Below, in pieces: positions 1 through 10,491 of a DNA stretch of 64,000 nucleotides (within the stretch, counting starts at the first letter, position 1; every line of letters starts with the position of its first letter). Made by a program: the position numbers and the translations under genes. The stretch comes from Nitrosopumilus sp. Lineage in GTDB: Archaea > Thermoproteota > Nitrososphaeria > Nitrososphaerales > Nitrosopumilaceae. The DNA lies in contig OY759726.1 in assembly GCA_963662625.1 (NCBI GenBank), positions 704,001 through 768,000 on the forward strand, written 5' to 3'. The notes beneath the pieces were generated by a model. The model did no database searches, was not told the origin of the DNA, and was given only the letters and a program-made list of their open reading frames with translations.

Positions 1-400
1 GGGTGTGCAGCACGCACTCTACGGTTTGGAGCCTGTTTACAAGGTTCAACAGGACGCTGTTTTTTGAGAGCAGTTTATTGGCATCGTCAAGATCTGTTAT
101 CTGATCGTCATCTGGCAGATCTATGGTGTTGTTGAGTTCCGTTTTGATCTGTTTTATCTGTTCCAGCATGTTGTCTAGCATGGCCTGGCCTATGTCGTCT
201 TTTGAGATCTTACGCAGGTTTGTGGCGTATTCTTCAAGGTGCCGCGGCTTTTCATTCAAGAATTCCATCATCCTGCACATTGCCAACTCCAGCTGATCCC
301 GTATGGCTCTGTGGTGGGTCTCGTTCAAATCCCCCAGCCTCCTTCGCATGCGAGTAATTTCATCGATGAGCTGCCGTGAATTGTTATTACGCGTTGACAT
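1..400 (-). CDS. Hypothetical helical/coiled-coil protein, runs off the window start
   Basis: ATG at 400 overlaps the stop of 387..923; the frame stays open to position 1 (MSTRNNNSRQLIDEITRMRRRLGDLNE...). Translated by hand. Confidence 0.6.
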   Translation of the reverse strand, partial: MSTRNNNSRQLIDEITRMRRRLGDLNETHHRAIRDQLELAMCRMMEFLNEKPRHLEEYATNLRKISKDDIGQAMLDNMLEQIKQIKTELNNTIDLPDDDQITDLDDANKLLSKNSVLLNLVNRLQTVECVLHT

Positions 401-923
401 TCTTACCCCTGAGAATCTTTATGGCATAGTCGTGCACCTTCATTTTTGATTTTTCCGCGGATTGCTTTAGGCCGTCGTACGTGTTTTTATCCAATGGCAG
501 CACCAGCAGGCTTATCTGCTCGGGCCTTGTCTTGTCCAGCAGTGCCTTGCACTCTGCAACCGAGAGCGACGGGTTCTTTCGTATGAGGTGCATCAGCGTG
601 CGTATGTCGTCGCTTTTCATGTCCTTGGCGATTTTGGCAACTTGTGATCGTTTTGGTTCGTCTAGCCGCCACATGTGATAAAACATTTCTATTCCGGAAT
701 GGCTTTCTTTTGCAAGCTCTTTGAGCGCAGGGTCAAGATCGTTTATCTTGTCTATTTGGCGTATCTGGTATGCTGTGACGCCAAAATATCTCGACATCTC
801 TTTGATCCCCCACTTCTCCAAGAGCGTCCTGCACGCAACGGCGAAACGGAACAGGCTTTCCGGTTTTATTTTTGGGCCCTTAAAGCATCCCATGCATATG
901 GCTACCGCGTCTTCTTCCTTCAT
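387..923 (-). CDS. HTH protein resembling the C-terminal half of ParB, with a putative C-terminal ribbon-helix-helix
   Basis: Segment GIKEMSRYFGVTAYQIRQIDKINDLDPALKEL resembles the HTH of the adjacent ParB; 4-nt overlap with the ParB ORF. Confidence 0.55.
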   Translation of the reverse strand: MKEEDAVAICMGCFKGPKIKPESLFRFAVACRTLLEKWGIKEMSRYFGVTAYQIRQIDKINDLDPALKELAKESHSGIEMFYHMWRLDEPKRSQVAKIAKDMKSDDIRTLMHLIRKNPSLSVAECKALLDKTRPEQISLLVLPLDKNTYDGLKQSAEKSKMKVHDYAIKILRGKNVNA

Positions 924-1729
924 CGGTGTCCCCCCTCGTTATATTCCCGTATCCAAGTCTCCACAATGTCAACAAGCAGGTCCTCTCCGTCAATTCTCCT
1001 GATGTGCGCCACCTTTTCTATCAGCTTGTAGTAGTTGTCTGGCAGAATGATCTTGTACGTTTTCTCGCGAAGCATCTTTTCTGCGCGCCTCTCGATCGTA
1101 GGTATGTCGTCTGACGGGGTGGACTGTCTTATGGCAGCGTGCATCTTTCTTTTTTTATTCCGATCCTCTATTTTTGATAATTTCTTCGCCACCAGTATTC
1201 CCTTGTCGGTGTCTTGAAATTTCATGTAAATGTCTTCCACCTGCTTTGCGGACAGCTTTCCGTCCCGCCTGGCGAATTTTTTCAGGTCCTCGGGAATTGC
1301 GTCATATGTGAAGTATCCCCGCACTGCACTATCTGACACCCCCAAAGCCTTGGCCACTCGCCCCAGATCCTTGAATTTTTCAAACAGTGCCTTGGCCGCC
1401 AGTGATTTGTCTTCTTTTGTCATCGCCTCACGATAAAGATTCTCGCTAAGCGACAACACCATGGCATCGTGCAGCTTGATGTTCTGGAAGACAAAACAGG
1501 GAACCTCTGCCATTTTTGCGGCCTTGCATGCTATCAGCCTTCTCTGCCCGCTAAATACGAGATACCTGCTATTTTCCGGCTTTACTAGCAGGGGCACGCG
1601 CAGCCCGTTTTTCTTGATGTTCCCAGCGAGTTCCTCGATGTTGGTCAGCACTTCGCTTTTCCTGACATTTGCGCCGTCCCATAATTCCAGTTTTTCTAGT
1701 GGAATTTGTTCAAGCTTTGGCTCGGCCAT
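920..1729 (-). CDS. ParB/Srx-domain protein
   Basis: NVRK..IEELAGNIKKNGLRVPLLV..YLVFSGQRRLIA..LSENLYRE is the ParB N-terminal signature, followed by an HTH. Confidence 0.85.
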   Translation of the reverse strand: MAEPKLEQIPLEKLELWDGANVRKSEVLTNIEELAGNIKKNGLRVPLLVKPENSRYLVFSGQRRLIACKAAKMAEVPCFVFQNIKLHDAMVLSLSENLYREAMTKEDKSLAAKALFEKFKDLGRVAKALGVSDSAVRGYFTYDAIPEDLKKFARRDGKLSAKQVEDIYMKFQDTDKGILVAKKLSKIEDRNKKRKMHAAIRQSTPSDDIPTIERRAEKMLREKTYKIILPDNYYKLIEKVAHIRRIDGEDLLVDIVETWIREYNEGGHR

Positions 1730-2119
1730 ATGATATACAGATCAGGATAAATATATCAACCTGATCATGGCTCTGGCGGGAAAAATTGCCGATCGCGGTG
1801 CTATTTGCTATCCGCCTGTGCGCACACTCGGAATACTGGCAAGATGGGCATGATTGTTGCGGCACCGACATATGATCACATGATGGCCTCCACGCCTTTG
1901 ACAGCACCCCGGATCCGCCCATGCCGTGCCACGTCAGCCCCGCCCCCATACCAGGACCCCTCTTCTGCTACCTCCGGTTTCGGGCCCCTACCCGTAAGGC
2001 CGCCGACTGACCGAATCCCCCGTCGGGCCACGCCACTCCATCCTCCCGACCTGCCGCCGCCCGCATGAATTCCTTGTGCAGGCCAGCCCCCGCACCATGT
2101 CGTGTATGCCGCACAGCAT

Positions 2120-2164
2120 CTCCCCGCCATTGCATCTGACGCGGGGTTACGTTTCGCTTGACTG
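2120..2164. mobile_element. Remnant end of an ISH3-like element
   Basis: Reverse complement reads CAGTCAAGCGAAACGTA versus CAGTTAAGCGAAATGTA at 62630; CCCCGCCAT sits at the same spacing from the end in both. Confidence 0.5.
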
Positions 2165-2329
2165 GTTTCTGGGAAGACTATTTGTAGAGCATGATGCCTA
2201 GGTTTGGTAGAATGATGATAACCCCCTCCATGGCTGATGAGAAAATAAAAGGGGGTTTTTACGTGTTCTTGGCACATTGTTGTCAGGATGAATTCAAGGC
2301 GAGTGTTAAGCTACAAACAGTGGGGGCAA

Positions 2330-3025
2330 ATGTCTGACCTAGCAGAGTACCCATCCATTCAGTTATCGGGTTTGCTTGGGCGTCAACTAAATGACGTCGA
2401 GTCGAAATTTTCCCCAAAGGGCGGCGTGTTCTACGAGGGAGCCATGGGAATTCCCTTGCCGTGCCCACGAGTCTCCATAATAGGTTCTAGAGGGGCATCA
2501 GGGCAAGGACTCTCGGACGCCAGAGAAATCACAAAATTCCTAGTTGAAAAAGGGGCGGTTATTGTAAGCGGACTCGCCAGGGGCATCGATACCGTGGGAC
2601 ATGAAACCGCCATAGAGTGTGGCGGCAGGGCCATTGCCGTAATAGGAACCCCGCTAAACAGGGCATACCCCAAAGAAAACACCGAGCTGCAGGGCAAAAT
2701 CATGGAGAATTGCTTGGTCATTTCACAGTATCCGGTGGGTCACCCGACAACGCCAAAAGACTTTGTGTTGAGGAATAGGACCATGGCGGTAATTTCTGAC
2801 GCGACCGTAATCGTGGAGGCCGGAGAATCCAGCGGCTCATTGCATCAGGGCTGGGAGACGCTCAGGATAGGCAGGCCGCTGTTTGTCTGCAGGGCAGTAG
2901 TAGAAAACGAAAAACTAGAGTGGCCAAAAAAGATGATCAATTACGGCGCAATGGTGCTTGATGAGCCCTCTGACATTTTAGAAAACCTGCCGTCAGACAT
3001 CAAAATGCCTGGGCTATTTCAGTAG
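2330..3025 (+). CDS. dprA: DprA/Smf-like Rossmann-fold protein (core domain only)
   Basis: VSIIGSR, IVSGLARGIDT..H, FVLRNR, VIVEAGESSGSL motifs. Confidence 0.85.
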   Translation: MSDLAEYPSIQLSGLLGRQLNDVESKFSPKGGVFYEGAMGIPLPCPRVSIIGSRGASGQGLSDAREITKFLVEKGAVIVSGLARGIDTVGHETAIECGGRAIAVIGTPLNRAYPKENTELQGKIMENCLVISQYPVGHPTTPKDFVLRNRTMAVISDATVIVEAGESSGSLHQGWETLRIGRPLFVCRAVVENEKLEWPKKMINYGAMVLDEPSDILENLPSDIKMPGLFQ

Positions 3026-3034
3026 TTGCCCGAC

Positions 3035-3675
3035 ATGGAAATTACGGAAGTTGGTTTTGGCTCGCTGCTAGCTTATACTCCAAGAGGCGACTTGCCTGAA
3101 CACCGCGAGTCTGTAACCCTGATGAGGCGCCTCAAAAACGATGCTGTTTTGTCGTCGAAAAGACTAATGTCGCTGGCTATTGCGGAACACATCAAAATGG
3201 GCCTTGGCGGCTTCCCGTTTTCTGATTATTTCAATAAAGCCACGGTATTGATTCCTGTCCCGAAAGGCTCCATGCTGCCAAGGGATGGGCTTTGGGTGCC
3301 CTGGCGCATGGCGACTGCGTTAGAAAGCAGGGGTTTGGGGACAAACGAGGATTGTTTGGTTCGGGAAACGCCCCTGCCAAAATCATCTACAGTTTCAGCT
3401 CCAAATAGACCAAAAGCGTTTCAGCATTACGAATCAATGGGGGTTAGAGGGCCATCACCTCCCCCGGGGAAATCGTTTTGGTGGATGATGTGATGACACG
3501 GGGGGCGACGGCCCTGGGCGCGGCAAACAGAATCAAGGAAGCGTTTCCCAACGCAAAAATACGCGTGTTCGCAGCAATGAGAACAATCAGTAACCCTTAC
3601 GAGTTTTCAAGTTTTATTGCACCGTGTACTGGCAAAATAAAACTAGCGGGGACGGAGACGTTTCGGAGACCCTGA
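3035..3675 (+). pseudogene. Phosphoribosyltransferase (ComF/ShosT-like), split by a 1-nt frameshift
   Basis: LIPVP is in the first frame; the PRPP motif GEIVLVDDVMTRGAT is in the -1 frame; the shift is near the C5G4 run at 3461-3469. Confidence 0.75.
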
Positions 3676-4232
3676 TGCCTTGGGAAGCTGCCTAAACGCA
3701 GAATGCCAGAACTTCCATCTGTTCCGCGTATTGCAAAATGCTAGCGCCCTAATGATCTGGCAAAGCTACCTATTGCGGCGATCAAAAGTCCTTGGAGGGA
3801 AGGACTGGTCGGGAGCTTCACCCTCCCAGTGTCTGCGACAAGCGCTGGCAAGCTTGCCGGGCCAGGGTTCGTTGGCTGGAAAGCCGTGCCTGCAAGATCG
3901 TATTTGGCGGTGCTGCCGGGGCGGCCGGGAATGGACAAGGCGGTCAGGAGGAGGTACGCGGGCGACCTGGGACTCTACATAGACGCCATTAGGTCCAAAC
4001 CCACCAAGGCATGGGACAAGATAACCAGCGTCGCGCCGCCCCTCAGGGGGAAGCTTGCGAGCACCGCTTTAGCTACTATCTCGAGCTGCCCGGATCTTGA
4101 AAACGGCGTATGACCCGCATAGCGAGGCGGTGGTTGCAAGTAATACCGGCATGTTCGTGAAAGGCGCCTCGTTGGGCGGTGGCGACGGCTTGTAATACAC
4201 TACCGCGGCGATCAGAATAACCGACGCCACAA

Positions 4233-4484
4233 TCAAAGCCTGATGGCATTGCGGCGAGTCCCGGACAGTACCGTGAAGGCGCCGTCAAACCTGGATCTCA
4301 TGGTGCCAAACCAAGAGCCTACACCATATGCCAATCCGATCGCCAAAGACATGGCGACATCCGTCAGATATGCCTGATCATACATGTCAGTGCGGGACAG
4401 CTCGTATGACAGTGCGGCGGGCATAAGAATCACCACGGGGAAGATCACGACGGCGTAATCGCCGGGTAGCGAGTCTGCATTCAT
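4233..4484 (-). CDS. Possible small membrane protein
   Basis: Two hydrophobic stretches in the 3' part of ORF 4233..4706. Confidence 0.3.
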   Translation of the reverse strand: MNADSLPGDYAVVIFPVVILMPAALSYELSRTDMYDQAYLTDVAMSLAIGLAYGVGSWFGTMRSRFDGAFTVLSGTRRNAIRL

Positions 4485-4778
4485 GCCAGGTCTGGCGCGC
4501 CAGCGCATATAACGCCATCGTTTGGGGCCGCGCCGGCATTTCTGAAGGGGGCACGTCCTATTAGGACGGTGCATCGTTCCACACCGCCAAGGTCGTGAAG
4601 GGACACGTCTCGCGCAATCCCGCGCGAGGGTCACGTGCCTTCCCGCCCGCCACGCACGAGGGCCGGACGCGGCGGCGCGGCCCGTCCACCATTGCGCCAA
4701 TTTCAATTGCGTGCATCTTTGTCATCCCAACCTGCAACAGTCAAGCACAGCCGGGGTGCGGGATCTATTAGAGAGGAT

Positions 4779-5084
4779 TCAGCCCAATCGCCCGTTGTGC
4801 GGGGGAAGTTTCCCATCATGGGTTTTTTGGTATTTTCTCAGTTCGGAGCGTTCTCGTTCTTCTGCACGCTGCTTGCTTCCGGCGGTCTCTGTTCTGTATT
4901 TAGCGGAACGGCCTACGGGATCACTTCCATTTACAAAATGGGATCTTAATCTATCTCGTATCTTGCCCTCCCCGACATACATGATCTTGCCATTGCTGTC
5001 CCCTATTTCGTAAATGCCAAGACCGTTTGGTTCTGCTGAGACGTTCGTTTTGTTAAATGCAGTCCATTTCTTAGTAAGTGGCAC
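4779..5084 (-). CDS. Small stand-alone GIY-YIG nuclease
   Basis: GIYEIG..MYVGEG..RDRLRSH..AEERE..PPHN motifs. Confidence 0.75.
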   Translation of the reverse strand: MPLTKKWTAFNKTNVSAEPNGLGIYEIGDSNGKIMYVGEGKIRDRLRSHFVNGSDPVGRSAKYRTETAGSKQRAEERERSELRKYQKTHDGKLPPHNGRLG

Positions 5085-5130
5085 TCCGGTGATTATTGGC
5101 AGCCATTGCCATTAATCTTCTTCCAAGTGC

Positions 5131-5155
5131 CAGTTAAGCAAAACGTGTCGGATCC
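5131..5155. mobile_element. Remnant end of an ISH3-like element
   Basis: CAGTTAAGCAAAACGTGTCGGATCC versus CAGTTAAGCGAAATGTACCCGATCC at 62630. Confidence 0.45.
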
Positions 5156-5398
5156 AGCCCCGTCCGTTGGCGTCGCGGGCCTGCCTTCGGATTTCTTGGC
5201 CCCGTCCCGCCCATCCACAGCGGCTGAAAATGCTGTCTGGTTCGCATCCATGAAAAAATTGGGGCTGACTGTTAGTCAATGGGCAGGTTTTTCAAACGCC
5301 AGCCAATACCAAAACGGCCACATTTACGCGAGGGGCATGCATTTGCAACCCGTAGCTGTATTTTCTTATTTTATTCCATGGCCAGGGGCATGCTGGCA

Positions 5399-6258
5399 TC
5401 ACAATAGCTGAAGCAATCTTCCTTCGTCGGGTTGAAATATGCCATTGTGGCTGGGGCTCTTTCGGTCAAAATAAGCGGCCGGCGTGCCGTCAAGCTCCAT
5501 TTTATCCTTGGCGAGTAACTCGCATCCACGCATTTTTGTGATCCTATGGACGATCTGGCGGTTGGAAAGTTTGGAGCATCTCATTAGCTGGTTCGCCGCC
5601 GTTTTTCCACGGTAAGCCAGTTCCAATATTTTTGCGTCTTCTTTGTTTATTTTAACTTTGTATTCGCACTCAACAAAAGCGACTGTTTTGCCAGACCGCT
5701 CGCGATTCACGTTTTTTGCCTGAGCACGGTTCTAGAAAAATGCAGTTCTGCGTTCCGCCAATTAGATCTAAGCAAATTTTTTAATAGGGCGGCCAAGGCG
5801 GCGAGTTCGATCGCAAGTACTAGCAACAGCATACCAAGAGCCAAGGGCCATAACAATATTGATTGGGATCCATCCCAAGACTCAAGACGGCCGTCAGAGC
5901 TTATGGCGATATCCAAACCCGAGGGGTTTGAAACATACAACTCAAACTCACGCGGCATTTTTGGTGACATTCTAGGAAACTCCGCAACCAGTGTTTTATT
6001 GTCCATTCTGCTGATTTGCCCCTCCGCACATGCGTCAGAAAACTTTGTTATGGTGCTGTTGCCTGCCACAATCGACATAACTGCGTTATCAGCTTGTACA
6101 AATCCTGTGTTGTTGATGCTTATTGTGTTGAGTTTGTCCGGCTTTACTTCGTCTGGCGATACTTCAAAATTCGTCAAAAGTTCAGCTTTGAATGTGCCAG
6201 AACCTACAAACGCCATATCCAACAGCAGGACAGGATGCCATGCAACACGATTGTTCAT
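5399..6258 (-). pseudogene. Membrane-anchored protein with C-terminal winged HTH, probably split into two ORFs
   Basis: 5707..6258 has a beta-rich domain plus a TM helix; 5399..5710 is wHTH-like (ILELAYRG..ANQLMRCSKLSNRQIVHRI). They could also be two genes. Confidence 0.4.
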
Positions 6259-6531
6259 GCGTTATCTGCTTCCTCCTGCTTTAACTGAGGTGCCACCCTC
6301 TCCGTCTGTCGCCTGACCTGATTCCGCCCCCATACTCTTGCATGCAGCGTGTTGCCGACTCTTTCTTTGCCATTTCCATTCAGCCCCCAGGTTGAACAAG
6401 CGGGAGACGGCATATCACACCGCCGGTCTTCGCCTGCTTAAACTGCGCCTGCGAGGAATTGTGCCGTATGGGAATAACTCAAGCGTCGTCCCGAGGAAGG
6501 CGGGCGGCGGGTCGTAGCGATTTTTGGGGGC

Positions 6532-7332
6532 TCACGCGGCTGCCTGGCCAACGTCTTCCCTGATCTTTTTGATCGCGCCGGGCTGCTGGGCCGGGTCAAC
6601 TATGCGGATGCCATCGCCTCGGAGGAGGTCGATCGACTGGCGCGTTTTTGTAGGCAGGTTTTGCGTCCTTAGCCGCGAGGCGCTGAATACCAGCGGGGTG
6701 TTGTCAGGATACTTCCTTGATGACGCGATGGCTTTGATTTCGTACAGGAACAGGGTCAGGCTATCAACCACGGCGTTGCTGGCAAAGTTTATCACGTCTA
6801 TCGTGTTTACCAGTTTTTCGCCACGCATGAATGCAAAGTCCCGCGTCTGGGGGATTTCCATGGCGTCTATGGGGTATTTTTCCAAGTATGAGTTTTCTGG
6901 AAAGCTGAGTCTTCTGACATGGTTCTTTATTTGCGCCTTTGTTTGACGGACCGAGGCGGCCTCGCCCGCCGGTTGCCGCGTCCCATGAACGCTTATCATT
7001 TTATCGAATACGTCTTGCAGGGCGGCGTCGATGCTTTTGGCCTGTATTTTAACCGGCTCCGAGTAGAAGACGCTGCCGTGAAAGGAATCATGGAGTTTCC
7101 ACAGGTGATCGTCGCCGTCGACGTCCAAGACCGGCTTGTAGTTCTCAAAGGATTTTTCCAAGCCGCGTATTGTCTCAACGCCCAGCCGTTTAAAAAATTC
7201 CCTGAAATTCGTGATGTGCCTGTTGTGCAGCCGCCTGTTTTTTTTATCAAGCAGCGCTATGCCGATGTTGACTGGCTCGAACCTTACGGCATTGGGGACG
7301 TATTTGATTACCGAAAACTCGCACTCTTGCAT
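6532..7332 (-). CDS. DUF3037-domain protein, partner of the HipA-like kinase
   Basis: N-terminal FSVIKYVPNAVRFEPVNIGI; lies directly downstream of the kinase. Confidence 0.75.
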   Translation of the reverse strand: MQECEFSVIKYVPNAVRFEPVNIGIALLDKKNRRLHNRHITNFREFFKRLGVETIRGLEKSFENYKPVLDVDGDDHLWKLHDSFHGSVFYSEPVKIQAKSIDAALQDVFDKMISVHGTRQPAGEAASVRQTKAQIKNHVRRLSFPENSYLEKYPIDAMEIPQTRDFAFMRGEKLVNTIDVINFASNAVVDSLTLFLYEIKAIASSRKYPDNTPLVFSASRLRTQNLPTKTRQSIDLLRGDGIRIVDPAQQPGAIKKIREDVGQAAA

Positions 7333-7335
7333 TTT

Positions 7336-8068
7336 TTATCCTTGTAACGATGGTAATTTATCCTTATTAGTCTCCACGTGCTCTACTGCCATCCTTTCAG
7401 TGAACCGGCTGAGCAGGACCTCCACGCTGTTTATATAGTCTTCGTGGCCGGCTTTCCAGCTTGGCGGGATCTTTTTGATGATCTCCGGTATCGTGCCAGA
7501 CAGGCCCACGACGTTGCTTATTCCCCTCTCAAAAAGTTGCATTTTATTAATTTGTTCCACAATAAAGTACATGTGCTGTAACTTTGTTCGCATTTTCCGC
7601 AATCCAGAGACGTCACGCTTGGGGCGATTTCTCTGGAAGGCCAAATCGTGATCAAATAAGTAATAGTCAACCTTGCTGGGCAGGGCCTCGTTTGGCAGTA
7701 GGCAGATGTTGCCGCCGTGCCTATCAAAATTCTCAACGTACTTGTCAAATATGATAAAAACCGGCACGTGGCTTATGTTGCCCACCATGTGTTGGCTGAT
7801 TTCCCTTCCTTGCTGCGTGTACGAGTTGACGGTTTCAAACGGCTCCAGGTAGACCTGGGCAAAATGTTCTCCGGGGCAAAGCTGTTCTAGATCTTTATTG
7901 CCTTGAATGATGCCTCGGGAAATCTTGGCGATGACGGGCTCGAATACCGGCAGTTCTAGTTCCAGGCCGATGAGATTGCATACCAGTTCGTTTATTCCGA
8001 TTCGAAAGTCATCCGGCTTGTTGAACTTAATTTGGTAGGATTCGTTGTCGTCCCCCACCATCAGTACG
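7336..8068 (-). CDS. HipA-like kinase, 5'-truncated and fused in frame to an IS481 fragment (ORF 7336..8559)
   Basis: PVLMVGDD..YQIKF, INELV, FDKYVENFDRHGGN and YLFDHDLAF kinase motifs. Confidence 0.75.
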
Positions 8069-8699
8069 GGGCGGTGCGGTCTGGAGTTTATGAGCTCGAT
8101 CCCGAGGTCCAGCAGCTCCGCCCCGGACGCGGTGGGCTTCCACGACCGGGGAGGATCCTTCCTGCGGCCGTTCCGGCCCACGAAGCACGAGCCGTTGTCG
8201 GAGAGTACGGTCGCAGGCGTGCCGAACAGCCCGATCGCGTCCCTGGGCGCCGGCACGGCGTTCTCCGACGTGGCCTGTGTGAACACGCGCGCGGCCACCG
8301 CCCCGGCCTTCTTCAATATCCGGCATGCGGAGCAGTAGCTTATGTCATGGCCCCTCCTGAGGCGCCTCGCGGTGCGCACCACGCCTGCCGGGCGCCTCCC
8401 GTGGGCGCCGGTGACCAGCCGTATCCGGGCGGCGGTCATGCAGGCCCGCGGCCTGCCCATCCTAGCCACCGTCGTTCCGGTCTCCAGGAACCCCGCCCAC
8501 GGCCTCCGCACGTGCCTGACGGTGATTCCCAGATCCCGGGCCACCCGGGCGGCCGGCACGCCATCTTTGGCTGCCTGGCCAGGTACTTCCGGGACCCCCC
8601 AGCAAGTCTCCCTGTCATAGCCTTCCGTGATCGGTACAGCCTAAAATGGCCGGCTACCGTCCTCTTGATCCGGCGCGGACCGACTTTCCGTACAATTGA
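8069..8699 (-). mobile_element. Truncated, internally deleted IS481-family fragment
   Basis: Clearly homologous to 16907-17700; lacks 159 bp between two GCGGTGGCCGCG repeats and lacks the 3' end. Confidence 0.85.
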
Positions 8700-8902
8700 A
8701 TAGTCAAAGCATTATGAAATGGCTCAACAAGCCACCCACCAGTGCGTACCATGTGGATGAGTCCGTGATTGTTGTTAGGCGCAAAAAGGCACTCATCCCT
8801 GTCAAAAGGAAAGGTTGCCCAAGACTTTGGCCATGAGGCAGTCTTTCCGGCACGACGGCTACATGCGCGGTGGGATTGGGAGGAATGGCTTCATGTAGCT
8901 GC

Positions 8903-10491
8903 CTAGGATTCTGGGTTTGGGTCGCTTTGGATCTTCCTTTCCAGTAAGCCCATATACTGTTTCGCTATTTCCAGCGTGTCTTGATCGTTGATGTCAATGG
9001 TTCCCACGTCTTTCACGGTTAATTTCCCCAGTGCGGAAATTGATTCGCGGGCGGGTGTCAGGCTTTGCGCGCTTGGTTTTTTCTTAGGTTTTGGTTTGGG
9101 CTTGGCGCTGTTTTTTTGGGGTTCTTTTGGGCGGTGGCAGGGTGCCCGGAGACATCTAATTCAATGCCCGGAATTAGGTTCGCGTCTTTGAATATGTGCA
9201 GGATGGTTCTTGCGCCAGACGCATGTGGGGAACTCATGCCGGTGATCCCGCGACCCGGGGCCAGCCGGGCCGACGTTCTAATCGACGAGTAGAGGCCTTC
9301 CAAAGTCATGTTTTTGTTTATCTGTAGTTGGTCTGCCAATATCTTCAGGTGAGAGTTTTGGATTAGTTGGGCCGATGTCGACTCTAATAATTTTCGATCT
9401 CCTGAAAAGTGGGCTTTTGTGTAATCGCTGCCATGAGTAGTCAGCTTATACGTGTGGGGATCCAGCTCTTCGATAATGTGAACTGATTTTAAAAACGAAA
9501 TGCTGTATAACAGGGTTCGTTGGCTCAATGAAGTCAGTGATGCGAGCTTTGCTAAGGAAATTGATTTGGCATCTGCGCGCTGCTGGTATAGTGCCTTGTT
9601 AATCGAAATGAACTTGTCATAACCAATGTTGGCTGGAATTTTCCAGCGCTCTTCGTTCGTGGTGTCATCCATTTCTCTACCCAAATTTTTTGTGACGGTT
9701 TGCCTTATAAAACCACCCACCACGTTTTTTATTTCGGCCGATTCCACCCCGATTGCGGTGGAAGCCTCTTGGTAATCGGCGTCCTCTACTTGTGAGAATG
9801 CCTTTCGGACGTCTTTCTGGGATAAAAGGCTCAACACTCTTGATTTTAATGCCGCTGGTTTTTTTCCTGAATGCCAGATTAATGCATAGATATCGGCAAT
9901 GTCCTTCCATTTTTTATGGTCCTTTGTCCTTTTAGGCAGTGATATGAGTTTGGTTGCCAACAGCACGCCGGCGGTTGGAAGCCTGATTGTCACCCCATAT
10001 TCCTTCACTTCAACAAACTGCCCCTTTTCAAACACGGCCTCCAGCAGCCGCTCGTCTGCAGGCGTGATTCCCAGTACATCATGGATTCTGTCGGGGGTGT
10101 TGTCCACCAACGGGTCGACGTACAGATCAAACAGGTTGTAATATGGTATTTTTTTCGCCTGCTCGGGCGTTAATGCCTTTCGAGTATCCCTATGATAGTG
10201 CTGGACAAACCTAAAACCAATTGAATAGAATCCAATCCCCTCCAACGCTTTGACGGACTGGTTGAATGCAGAGTTTATCAGGGACTCCCTGGATTCTTTT
10301 TTTGAAAAATGGAACCCCAGATCAATGTCTTTTGATCCGTGGTAGTTCCTTCCTTTCTCTTTTCTGTAATTTTCATTTACGGTCAAGTACACGGCCCATC
10401 CCCCAAGCAGGCATGTCGGTTTTGTGACTTTTGAAAGTACGGTAGCCAGGTTGTTTTTTGAGATTTCAGTCTCATGGTTTTCGTAAAGCAT
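8903..10491 (-). CDS. AbiEii-like nucleotidyltransferase with C-terminal wHTH extension; frameshift near the 3' end (in-frame stop at 9058)
   Basis: LLGGWAV..GSKDIDL..LLATKL..KDIADI motifs; one extra A in the A7 run (9111-9117) would extend the frame to TAG at 8903. Confidence 0.7.

Noticed and set aside
3680-4113. Several short overlapping ORFs after the PRTase
   Set aside because: No recognisable motif or consistent frame; may be a decayed gene but cannot be supported.
2164-5131. Composite transposon carrying dprA-PRTase-GIY-YIG
   Set aside because: The two ISH3-like ends face away from the enclosed segment, and the matching outer ends and a target duplication were not found.
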